Source: Octopus sinensis (Eukaryota). Taken from it: a stretch of DNA of 64,000 bases. Shown one piece after another: positions 13,045 to 23,689 of the stretch. A model generated the notes under the pieces. That model had not been told where the DNA came from and made no database searches. It worked only from the letters and a program-made list of their open reading frames with translations. Made by a program: the position numbers and the translations under genes. Within the stretch, counting starts at the first letter, position 1; each line of letters begins with the position of its first letter. The DNA lies in assembly GCF_006345805.1 (NCBI RefSeq), contig NC_043005.1, positions 55,304,001 through 55,368,000 of the forward strand, written 5' to 3'.

Positions 13045-13290
13045 GGAGGCGCGTGGCTTAGTGGTTAGGGTGTCGGCACCATGATCGTGAGATTGTGGTT
13101 TCGATTCCTGGACCGGGCGACACGTGTTCTTGAGCAAAACACTTCATTTCACGTTGATCCAGTCCACTCAGCTGGCAAAAATGAGTAACGCTGTGATGGG
13201 CTGGTGTCCCATCCAGCTGGGGAACACATACGCCATGGAAACTGGGAAACCAGGCCCATGAGCCTGGCTAGGCTTTAAAAGGGCGTATTT
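13045..13290 (+). mobile_element. SINE family S3
   Basis: A-box-like tggcttagtggtta and B-box-like gtttcgattcc, followed by the shared ttgagcaaaacac core. Confidence 0.75.
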
Positions 13291-13308
13291 ATTGTTATAT
13301 ATATATAT

Positions 13309-13682
13309 GCGTGGCTATTTGGTAAGAGGCCTCCTTCCCAACTACATGGTTCTGGATTCAGTGTCACTGCATGGTACCTATGGCAAATATCTTCTGCTAT
13401 AGCTTCGGGTTGACTAAAGCCTTGTGAGTGTATTTGGTAGACAGAAATTGAATGAAGCCCGTTGTATGTGTGTGTGTGTGTTTGTCCCCAACCATCGCTT
13501 GACAACTGATGTTGGTGAGTTTACATCCACCTAACTTAGTGGTTTGGCAAAAGAGACTGATAGAATAAGTACTAGTTTTACAAAGAATACGTCCTGGAGT
13601 TGATTTGTTTGATGTTTGACTGAAGGTGGTGCTCCATCATGGCCACAGTCAAACGATTGAAACAAATGAAAGAATAAAAGAA
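13309..13682 (+). mobile_element. SINE family S1, near full length
   Basis: Colinear with 53534-53937. Confidence 0.8.
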
Positions 13683-13971
13683 TATACATACATACATACA
13701 TACATACATACATACATACATACATACATACATACAAATACATATATGTGTGTGTGTGTGTGTGTATTGGTATGTATGTAAATATTCTGTTGCTTTCCTC
13801 TCACCTTTTCCTTCTTTCCTTTGTTTGAAATCCTTGTTTCTTTCCATTGATGTCAAACACATATATCATCTTTTCTATCTTTCTCTTACCTCCCTCCACA
13901 GGTGATGTCTCTCTTATAAGCAGCTCTTTATTTCCTTTTTTGTGTGTGTTTGTGTGTATACATCACTTTCT

Positions 13972-14008
<37 letters not shown>

Positions 14009-14099
14009 ATAGATACAGTAGCAAGGCACTGACTTGACCAAAATACAATACATTATTAATCTCTACTATGGTACTGAGTATGCTTTATTCCAACACTCT

Positions 14100-14270
14100 G
14101 CTGGGTGGCTGGTGTTAGGAAGGGCATCCAGCTGAAAAAATCCTGCCAAAACAGTCACAGAAGTCTGGTGCAGGCTTCTGCCTGGCTGGCTCCTGTCAAG
14201 CCATCCCACCTATGCCAGCATGGAAGGCAGACATTAAACGATGATGATGATGATGATGACGACAACGACG
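14100..14270 (+). mobile_element. Family S4 (RTE-tail retroposon) with (GAT)n tail
   Basis: ttaggaagggcatccagc..cctatgccagcatggaa..ttaaacgatgatgat. Confidence 0.8.
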
Positions 14271-14445
14271 ATAACGACAATGGTAATGATGATGATGATG
14301 GATGATGATGATATATATATATGTAAAGTTAAATTCTGGATGGGAGACCAAAGGTAACCCCATAATCCAGCCATCCCCATTTTTAATATATACTGCTCTA
14401 CATCTTCGTGCGTGCTTCTTCTCTTGGATTTGTTTTCTACAAATG

Positions 14446-14476
<31 letters not shown>

Positions 14477-14503
14477 CTTTATTTTAAGCAGCAGAAAATT
14501 CAA

Positions 14504-14553
14504 CAAAATCTGTTACTCTGAGTTTCTCGTTGCCGTTCATCAGACAGTTTTTG
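14504..14553 (-). ncRNA. Type I hammerhead motif, intact core, very short stem II
   Basis: CAAAAACUGU-CUGAUGA-ACG(GCAA)CGA-GAAA-C-UCAGA-GUA-ACAGAUUUUG. Stem I has 9 of 10 positions paired. Confidence 0.7.
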
Positions 14554-14641
14554 CTAGAATGGAACCGATATATCAATTCAATCTAGACTCTTACAAACGC
14601 TACACCTTTAAAAAGAAATGGATTGTTAGGTTCCATTCTAG

Positions 14642-14691
14642 CAAAAACTGTCTGATCAACGGCAACGAGAAACTCAGAGTAACAGATTTTG
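14642..14691 (+). ncRNA. Hammerhead motif with G8C change, predicted inactive
   Basis: Identical to the left-arm motif except for the core CUGAUCA (14652-14658). Confidence 0.6.
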
Positions 14692-14788
14692 TTGAATTTT
14701 CTGCTGCTTAAAATAAAGCATATTACTCTACCACTGGTATTTGAGTACTCTTTTTCCACCTTGTTTCACATTTATGTGTTTACTCCGG

Positions 14789-14828
<40 letters not shown>

Positions 14829-14849
14829 CATACACACTGCATACATACA

Positions 14850-14900
<51 letters not shown>

Positions 14901-14924
14901 CTATATATATATATATAGTGACAA

Positions 14925-15110
14925 TTTACAAAAAAAACAAAAGAAAAAAGACGGGGTGTGTAAATAACAAACAAATGTATTAATTTAACGCTAGGGAAGT
15001 GAGAAAGACTTTTATGTTTCGACCCTACGCTGTTCGACAGAAAAGAACACATAAATAAACAGGGAGAGAAAATAGAAAAATTAGAAAAAGGTAAAGTGGC
15101 TAGCGATCTA
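14925..15110 (-). mobile_element. HHR-like unit, family H2 (U6 core), decayed
   Basis: Homologous to 26120-26295 and 63424-63545. Motif at 15009-15044: CUGUCGA-A-CAGC(GUAG)GGUC-GAAAC-AUA. Confidence 0.6.
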
Positions 15111-15289
15111 TCATAGCAAATACTTTTTTTTTTTTGTCAAGAAAGGTGACTGAGGTATTGGGAATATATATATACACACACTGTCCAAACCATGTGAGCA
15201 TGGATAAGTATGTTTTAGACAATGATAAGGATATATACATACATATGTATACACGCATACCCAACACATTTATAGACACATACTTATAT

Positions 15290-15338
<49 letters not shown>

Positions 15339-16652
15339 TACAGCCATGTGTGCATGTGTGTGTGTGTGTGTACTTCAATTTTGTATTTGGATCTTTGATG
15401 TGAAGTCATATGTTGAAACAATTCTTGTTTCATGGGAGAGTTGTTACACCAATATGTGTGTGTATTATTATTGGCATAGTGACCTCCCAAGATACAGCAA
15501 GATATGCATGTATACATACATATGCATGTGTGTGTGTTTGTACGTATATGTATATATATACACATGTATGTATGCATGTATGTATGTATGTATTCTTTTA
15601 TTTGACTAAAGGTGGTGCTCCAGCATGGCCGCAGTCTGCAGTTGATAGATTACTCTAAGTCGACTAGATCAATCCCATTGCTCAACTGGTATCTATTTTA
15701 TCGACTTTGAAAGGATGAAAGGAAAAGTTGACCTTGGCAGCAACTCAGAGCGTAAAGCTGGGCGAAATGCCACAAAGCATTTTGCCTGACATGCTGACGC
15801 TTCTGCCAGTTTGACACCTTTGGAAAATTAAATAATAATAATAAAAGATAATAAGATGATCATTATCTCTGGTTTCCAAGACACTAAGCAAATGATAGAT
15901 ACATTTTTCACTATATATGGCACAGTTGTTTGCAGGTAGATTTTGCAGGTAAATTTTTAAACGAGTGAAATTGTATGCATCAATGCAAGATAGTGTAGAC
16001 ATCTAATCATATTGCAGTGCAGTTTTTTTGTTGTTGCTTACACACTCACACACACACACACACACATGACAGGCTTCCACATAGTTTCCATCTGCAAAAT
16101 CCTCTCACAAGGTATTGGTCAACCCAAGATTACTGCAGAAGACATTTGAGCAAGGTGCCATGTTGTGGAATTGAACCTGAACTCTCATGATTAAAAAAGT
16201 AATGTCCTGAATCACACAGCCACGCCTAGGGATATCCAAAGTAAAATTGAGTTCCCACTTCACATTTATTTTGCAGCAGCTTAGCAACTGTCTTCTCAAT
16301 AGCCCCAGATTCAACCCATGTTAGGCAAGTGCAATTCAGTAATTTAAAAGTGCACAGAGGTCCCTGAGATATCCTTGAATCTGTACATGATTCAGAGTGA
16401 TAAATTTAATCTATCATTCAATTTCACACTAGCACCTGGCTCTTTGATATCTTCAGCAGAATTCCCTCTACTGCAATCATTTGGATCAAGGTTTCTGTCT
16501 GAAGATAAACTGCGAATATAGTTTCTTCACTGCTTCTTCAGTCTTCTCCACCTTCAAGCACAAATCTAAGAGGACAGACATAAATATCATGGACAACTTC
16601 ATTTCCTCTGAGTAAAACGGTAAATACATACATACATACATACACACATACA

Positions 16653-16686
<34 letters not shown>

Positions 16687-16724
16687 CATATATATATGTG
16701 TGTGTATGTATGTATATAGATATA

Positions 16725-16760
<36 letters not shown>

Positions 16761-17699
16761 TGTATGTATGTATGTAGTATGTCTCTGTGTGTGTGTGCAT
16801 GTGTGTTTGTGTGTGTGTATATATATATATATATACACACACACAAACACACACACATACACACACACATACACACACAAACACATATATGTATGTTTAT
16901 ATACATAAATATATAAATGAAAATAAACAAAAAAAAATCCATTGAGATATTCAAACACCTCATCAATTTCTCCATTTGTAACAGGAATTAAGAAATGAAA
17001 TGTGGTAAGAATGTTCATATATATGTGTATGTGTGTTTGTGCGCATGTACACACACACACACATACACACACAAACCCACACACACACACATATTTATAT
17101 ATCACAATGTCAGAAAATATCTCAAATTTACATACAACGGGAGTATTAAAGACACATGGCAATTTACGAAAGAAATGGATTATCGAAGCTGAACTCTACA
17201 ATGATGTATATAATTTAGAACATTGTCTGTAATGCACAATACAACGAGAACAGAAGCTTAATTATTCTCTTCGTGTAACATTATAATAAACACTATTTTT
17301 ATAGCTTTCTTTACATAGAATGTTTTTAGCTGAATGGTTATTTACCAAGGCAAAAGAAAAAAAAAAGTGTAAAATGCTATGATTTTTATGAATACACACA
17401 CAACACCCCCTGCTGTTCCACACACACATATATGAATGCACACACATACACACATATACAAATACACACACACATATATGTGCATGTATCTATACATACC
17501 AATACATACATGCACATATATATGTATGTATGTATAAATATATATGTACGTGTGAGTGTGTGTGTGTATGTGTGTGTGTGTGTGTATACATAGAGACATA
17601 GATATAGATATTCAGCAATAAATCTGTTTCTTGTGTCATAGTTTAACTGATAATCTTTCAGTCTCTCTTCGAAATTGTCAGCTAAAGGCAACCCCCACT

Positions 17700-18040
17700 A
17701 GTGGTACTATCACTGAAAAAGCACCCAGTACACTCTGTAAGCCGCTGGTAAATTGAATAGTGCAAGTGACCATGTAAGACTCGAGAAGACACCTTAGTCT
17801 TATAGAGTGCTCTTTAGTCTCTGAAAGGAGTTTTAGTTTTGGAAAGGGTTCTATCGATAACTTCGGTAGTATTGGTGATACTAGAAGATACACCCAGTAC
17901 ACTCTGTAAAATGGTCAGTTCTAGGAAAGGCATATCACCTTAAAATCCAAGCTGAGGTGAAAGCACTTTATCAAGGTGAGGTTGTCTGTCCCATTGGATC
18001 CTGTCTAGCTGTCCAGCCCATTCTAGTATGGAAACAAAAA
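17700..18040 (+). mobile_element. Family S4 copy interrupted by a 150-bp insertion with a 19-bp direct duplication
   Basis: cacccagtacactctgtaa at 17722-17740 and 17891-17909. Confidence 0.75.
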
Positions 18041-18343
18041 AAATTACGAGGTGGATTTATGCACATTCATATAATTATACCTCTACACACACACATATAA
18101 ATGCTCACATACACACACAAACATCTGTCTGATTACCTATCTATCTCTCTGTCTATCTATCGATCTATCTGTCTGTCTATCGCCCACAATCTCTCTCTAT
18201 ATATGTTTGTGTGAATGTGTGATCATATATATGTTTGTATATACATATATAAATGTAAATATATATACATATATGTATAATTATGTGTGTGTATTTATAT
18301 ATATGTATATGTGTATATAAATATGTATATATATAAATATGTA

Positions 18344-18408
<65 letters not shown>

Positions 18409-18700
18409 TATATAATATATATATATACACACACAAGCATAAACATGCTTATATACATATATAATACATATATAATTAATTAAAAGTTAAGATTATCATC
18501 ATACAGACATTACTAAACACCATGCACTTGTAAACAGCAATTTAAAATAAAGGTAATTAGGTATCCACTGTCAAACCATACTTCTCTTGCTTACAAATAT
18601 GACATTGAACTCATGCTATTACTAACATGCTATCTTGAAGATAGTTCTTTCTTAGTGACATGGTATACAATATAACAATTTAATTATACATATATATAAG

Positions 18701-18990
18701 TAAGTAGCTTGCTTACCAACCGCATGGTTCCGGGTTCAGTCTCACTGCATGGCACCTTGGGCAAGTGTCCTCTAGTATAGCATTTGGCTGACCAAAGCCT
18801 TGTGAGTGGATTTGGTAGACGGAAACTGAAAGGAGCCTGTCATATGTGTGTGTGTGTATGTGTGTGAGTGCTTGTGTGTCTTTGTTTGTCCCCCTACCAT
18901 CGCTTGACAACTGATGATGGTGTGTTTACATACCTGTGACTCCGTAACTTAGCAGTTTGGCAAAAGACACCGATAAAATAAGTACCAAGA
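18701..18990 (+). mobile_element. SINE family S1
   Basis: Colinear with 53534-53937. Confidence 0.8.
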
Positions 18991-19064
18991 TTTTGAATAA
19001 AATTATGCATTATCTCATAAACTTCAAGATTTCAGTGATGTGATTTATTCTTTTATTCATCTTT

Positions 19065-19260
19065 TTTTTTTACTTGTTTCAGCCATTTGACTGTGGCCAT
19101 GCTGGAGCACTGACTTTAGTCAAGCAAATCGCCCCCAGGACTTATTCTTTGTAAGGCTTGTACTTATTCTATTGGTCTCTATTTGCCGAACTGCTAAGTG
19201 ACTGGGACGTAAACACACATTGGTTGTCAAGCGATGGTGGAGGTACAAACACAGACACAA
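19065..19260 (-). mobile_element. SINE family S1, 3' half
   Basis: ttacttgtttcagccatttgactgtggccatgctggagcac. Confidence 0.8.
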
Positions 19261-19331
19261 ACAACAGACACATATAGATATATATAAATATATATAAAAG
19301 CCGTTCGATTCACTTCAACATTTAAGTTTAA

Positions 19332-19382
19332 TTTGTCAAAATATTTTCGTTGCTGTAAGACCGCGACCTGTTCACTGACAAA
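19332..19382 (-). ncRNA. Hammerhead-like motif with G3-C8 core (left arm)
   Basis: UUUGUCA-GUGAACA-G-GUCGC(GGUCUUACA)GCAAC-GAAA-AUAU-UU-UGACAAA. Confidence 0.6.
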
Positions 19383-19672
19383 AATCCGTGCTGCATCTGA
19401 GAAAGTAACAGTTAGTTCATTATATATATGTACATATGTATGTGTGTATGTATGTATGCACGTATGTATGTATGTATGTGTGTATATGCACGTGCATATA
19501 CACACATACATACATACATACGTACATACATACATACATACACACATGCGTACGTACATACATACATACATACATGCATGCATGCATACATGCGTGCATA
19601 CATACACACACACATACATACGTACATATATATAACGAACTAACTGTTACTTTCTCAGATGCAGCACAAATT

Positions 19673-19723
19673 TTTGTCAGTGAACAGGTCGCAGTCTTAT
19701 AGCGACGAAAATATTTTGACAAA
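19673..19723 (+). ncRNA. Hammerhead-like motif with G3-C8 core (right arm)
   Basis: UUUGUCA-GUGAACA-G-GUCGC(AGUCUUAUA)GCGAC-GAAA-AUAU-UU-UGACAAA. Perfect 7-bp stem I and 5-bp stem II. Confidence 0.65.
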
Positions 19724-19877
19724 TTAAACTTAAATGTTGAAGTGAATTGAACGGCTTTTGTGTGTTTCTTAAATGGCTTACAAACACCTTCCACGCTGCA
19801 ATTGTTTTCGTTTCAGCACACGATCTCAGATCAAATCACTTGCTATGCAAGTACATCTCTGTAATAAATATATATAT

Positions 19878-19918
<41 letters not shown>

Positions 19919-19921
<3 letters not shown>

Positions 19922-20875
19922 GCTGATGACCTTGCTCTAATTGCTGAGTCATTATCAGAACTGGAGAAGAAGTTTCAGGTGTGGAAGCATGGTTTAGAAT
20001 CGAAGGGCCTTAGAGTCAACCTAGCTAAAACCAAAGTCCTAATAAGTAGGAAGGTAGACAAATCACAAACGCCTTCAGGTAGATGGCCCTGCTCGATCTG
20101 TAGAAAAGGTGTAGGTAGAAACTCTATAAGATGCACCAAGTGTAAGCTATGGACACATAAGAGGTGCAGCAATGTCATAGGAAGGCTAACTAGGAAGATG
20201 GTTTTTGTATGTGGCAGATGCTCGGGAGCATTAACCTCTGAAAATCTGCAGAAAACAACTTCCGTCACTTTCCAGGGGGAAAAACTAGAAGTAGTTGATA
20301 GCTTCCGTTATCTTGGTGACCAAGTCAGTAGTGGGGGTGGGTGTGCTGAAAGTGTAACGGCTAGAGTAAGAATAGCCTGGGCAAAGTTTAGGGAGCTCTT
20401 ACCTCTGTTGGTGACTAAAGGCCTCTCGCTCAGAGTAAAAGGCAGACTGTATGATGCATGTGTACGAACAGCCATGCTACATGGCAGTGAAACATGGGCC
20501 GTGACTGCTGACGACATGCGTAAGCTCGCGAGAAATGAAGCTAGTATGCTCCGTTGGATGTGTAATGTCAGTGTTCATAGTCGACAGAGTGTAAGTACCT
20601 TGAGAGAAAAGTTGGACCTAAGAGGAATCAGATGTTGTGTGCAAGAGAGACGATTGCGCTGGTATGGTCATGTGGTGAGAATGGATGAAGATAGGTGTGT
20701 GAAAAAGTGCCACACCCTGGCAGTTGAGGGGACCTGTGGAAGAGGTAGACCCAGGAAAACCTGGGTCGAGGTGGTGAAGCACGACCTTCGAACTCTAGGT
20801 CTCACCAAGGAAATGACCAGAGACCGAGACCTATGGAAGTATGCTGTACGTGAGAAGACCCGGCAAAACCAGTGA
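19919..20875 (+). pseudogene. 5'-truncated RTE-clade LINE ORF (RT from YADD onward), uninterrupted
   Basis: Starts at YADDLAL directly after (TA)n. Contains KTKVL, FRYLG, RLYDACVRTAMLHGSETW, RRLRWYGHVVRM and GRGRPRKTW, typical of the RTE C-terminus. No internal stops. Confidence 0.92.
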
Positions 20876-20920
20876 GAACAATCAAAATCAAATCATATAT
20901 CAGAAAGTAGGGGTTAAGTG

Positions 20921-21468
20921 ACCCATCCGTTCGTGTTCGTTGCCAGCCTCGCCTGGTCCCGTGCCGGTGACACGTAAAAGCACCGTCCGTTCGTGGCCGT
21001 TTGCCAGCTTTGTCTGGCCCCGTGTCGGTGGCACGTAAAAGCACCATCCGTTCGTGGCCGTTTGCCAGCTCTGTCTGGCTCCGTGTCGGTGGCACGTAAA
21101 AGCACCATCCGTTCGTGTCCGTTGCCAGCCTCGGCTGGCCCCCGTGCCGGTGACACGTAAAAGCACCGTCCGCTCGTGGCCGTTTGCCAGCTCTGTCTGG
21201 CAACCGTGTCGGTGGCACGTAAAAGCACCATCCATTCGCGTTCGTTGCCAGCCTCGGCTGGACCCCGTGCCGGTGACACGTAAAAGCACCGTCCGTTCGT
21301 GGCCGTTTGCCAACTCTGTCTGGCCCCGTGTCGGTGGCACGTAAAAGCACCATCTGTTCGTGTCCGTTGCCAGCATCGCCTGGCCCCGTACCGGTGACAC
21401 GTAAAAGCACCATACGTTCGTGGCCGTTCGCCAGCTCTGTCTGGCACCTGTGCAGGTGGCACGTAAAA
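20921..21468 (+). repeat. ~61-bp tandem array (9 units, two variants) in the RTE 3' UTR
   Basis: cacgtaaaa at 20971, 21032, 21093, 21154, 21216, 21277, 21338, 21398 and 21460. Confidence 0.92.
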
Positions 21469-21642
21469 AACACCCACTACACTCGCGGAGTGGTTGGCGT
21501 TAGGAAGGGCATCCAGCCGTAGAAACACTGCCAGATCTGACTGGGCCTGACGAAGCCTTCCAGCTTCACAGACCCCAGTTGACCCATCCAACCCATGCTA
21601 GCATGGAAAGCGGACGCTAAACGATGATGATGATGATGATGA
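21469..21642 (+). mobile_element. RTE 3' terminus with (GAT)n tail
   Basis: cacccactacactc..ttaggaagggcatccagc..cccatgctagcatggaaagcggacgctaaacgatgatgat. Confidence 0.85.
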
Positions 21643-21668
21643 TATAAATAGATTGATAGATAGATATG

Positions 21669-21699
<31 letters not shown>

Positions 21700-21799
21700 C
21701 TATATATATATCTATATATATATATACACACATATATATTTACATATATATATATACACACACATATATATATATATATATATACATACATATATAATA

Positions 21800-21945
21800 G
21801 GCTTCTTTCAGTTTCCATCTACAAGACTTTGGCTGGCTTGAAACTATAGTAAAAAACACTTGCCCAAGGTGCCATGCAGTATAACTGAACCTGGAACCAT
21901 GTGGTTGGGAAGCAAGCTTCTTACCACACAGCAACTCCTGTGCCT
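21800..21945 (-). mobile_element. SINE S1 head
   Basis: Reverse-complement match to the S1 head. Confidence 0.75.
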
Positions 21946-22341
21946 ATGATTGTCTATTTCTATAAGACATTGTAAGGTAGGTGTGACAGGTCAGATCTGG
22001 TCAGTTTGAACATAAAACAGGTCAAATATTTGGGCCATATACGGTTTGTTTAAAAGCTAAAGGGTTTGTTTAAAAGCTGGTGAAGGCAAAAGCATTAAAC
22101 AGTCAAAGTTTGTGAGTTTCTGTAGCAGAAAGCCATTCATTTTGATTCTGAGTAATCCTCAGATCAGAAATCTTCTCATTTGAATGCTTTCAACTAAGTG
22201 GACTGAGCTATAGTCACCCAAAGGCCTGTTAATGGTGATGCTGGTAGACTGTTAAAGTCAGCAATGGATTTAGACTATTTTCCAAGAATTGTTATAAACC
22301 ATTTGACAAGCTTCTGTACTTACTTACCCAATTTCACTTAC

Positions 22342-22396
22342 AAGTCTCCAATCAAAGAACAAACCAATCCTGGTGTTATGTCTCTAATAAGAAGAA
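22342..22396 (-). CDS. Candidate 55-nt internal exon (LLIRDITPGLVCSLIGD)
   Basis: Acceptor ttgtcttcaacag and consensus donor GTAAGT. Only one of three frames is open, phase 1 to phase 2. Non-repetitive context. Confidence 0.45.
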
Positions 22397-22849
22397 CTGT
22401 TGAAGACAATTAGATTTGTCTTTCATTAGTCTACATCATCAAACACTAATGATAATAAACAATAGATGAAAATACTCATATACATGAATATACTTAGATA
22501 CAGTAATATACCTACAAACACAGACTTGTACTTATATTGACTAAGTAATGACTAGCTGTGTGGTTAAATAGTTTGTTTTGAGCTACATGATTGCAAGTTT
22601 GATCCTATTGCACAACCGTGAATGAGTGTAATATATATACACGTGTGTGTGTGTGTATATGGTCTTTTAAGGAGTTTTTGTCTCTACAACATAGTGAAGG
22701 CAATTAATAAAGGAGAAGGAGAAAATAAATAGAAAAACCTTAGGTATCTTGTTCATTGAATATGAAGCACACACACACACACACACACTATATATATATA
22801 TATATATTATATAGAGGGTACTATTATTCATAGGTACCGCACCACCTCC

Positions 22850-23030
22850 ATTTAACATCCTTTTTTTCCTTGCTGGCACAGGTTGGATTGTTCAACATGA
22901 ATAGATGAGCCAGAGAGCTGTGCTGAGCTCCAATGTCTCATTTGGTATGGTTTCTTTGTAATGCCAACCACTTCACATAGTATACTGGGTGCTTGTTTAA
23001 TGGCACCAGCATTGGAGAGGTCACCACGTC
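22850..23030 (-). mobile_element. Family S4, diverged
   Basis: tttaacatcc..aatgccaaccacttcac..ctgggtgctt. Confidence 0.6.
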
Positions 23031-23148
23031 CCCTTAAGATAAGACCCCTCAACTGAGAGGAGTACAATAGTATTGAGTTATTAGAAAGTATGAGAGGGAA
23101 GAGAGCAGGTATCTTGCTGAAGAAGCGAATACACGAGTTACCCACTTG

Positions 23149-23182
<34 letters not shown>

Positions 23183-23469
23183 GACAGAGAAACAGACAGA
23201 TAGAAACAGAGAGATAGAGAGATAGATAGGCAGAGAGACAGACAGGCAGATATACAGATAAAAACAGAGACATAGAGAGAGAATGATGAATATGAAAGAC
23301 AGAATAGGAAGAACATAAAAGAGGGATGGATAGGCATGTATTTATATTTGTGGTTCTTGTTTTTGGTTAATGCTCTTTGAGTAATACTATGTAGCACTCA
23401 AATGGAACTAATCTTAAATTCTTTATCTTTTTTTGCTTCTGAGTTAGAGCCTTTCAATAATATTAATTT

Positions 23470-23670
23470 CTTTTATTTGTTTGTCATTAGGCTCTGGTCA
23501 TGCAGGGGCACTGCCTTGAAGAATTTCTACTTGAATCAATTGACTCCAGTAGATTGTTTTTTAAAGCCTGGTACTTATTCCAGCAGTCTCTTTTACCAAA
23601 CTTCTAAGTTACAAGAATGCAAACACACCAACACTGGTTGTCAAGTGGTGATGGGTGACAAACACACACA
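23470..23670 (-). mobile_element. SINE S1 3' half, diverged
   Basis: Reverse-complement match to the S1 3' region. Confidence 0.65.
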
Positions 23671-23689
23671 CACACACAAAACACACATA

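Larger units (their letters stand above)
14477..14790. mobile_element. Fold-back HHR cassette
   Basis: Arms 14477-14566 and 14629-14718, 62-nt spacer, ~70-bp right extension. (TA)n on both sides. Confidence 0.75.
19296..19868. mobile_element. Fold-back HHR-variant cassette with mirrored microsatellite core
   Basis: Inverted repeat 19296-19759 with ~125-bp unique arms, (TATG)n mirrored by (CATA)n, and a ~110-bp right extension into (TA)n. Confidence 0.8.

Noticed and set aside
13045-13120. Possible tRNA genes at SINE heads (also 38407, 53534)
   Set aside because: A/B-box-like motifs run directly into repeat bodies and no complete cloverleaf could be built.
16230-16620. Several short protein-like minus-strand frames
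   Set aside because: They require frameshifts, have no good donor and no recognisable homology.
17600-17691. ADNFEERLKDYQLNYDTRNRFIAEY frame
   Set aside because: The acceptor lies in SINE sequence and there is no credible donor before the microsatellite.
17741-17890. NUMT or rRNA call for the orphan insert
   Set aside because: Similarity is limited to a few short words. It is kept only as a hypothesis in the findings.
20921-21468. CRISPR-like periodic array
   Set aside because: Units are contiguous near-identical repeats with no unique spacers, lie in a LINE 3' UTR, and there are no cas genes.
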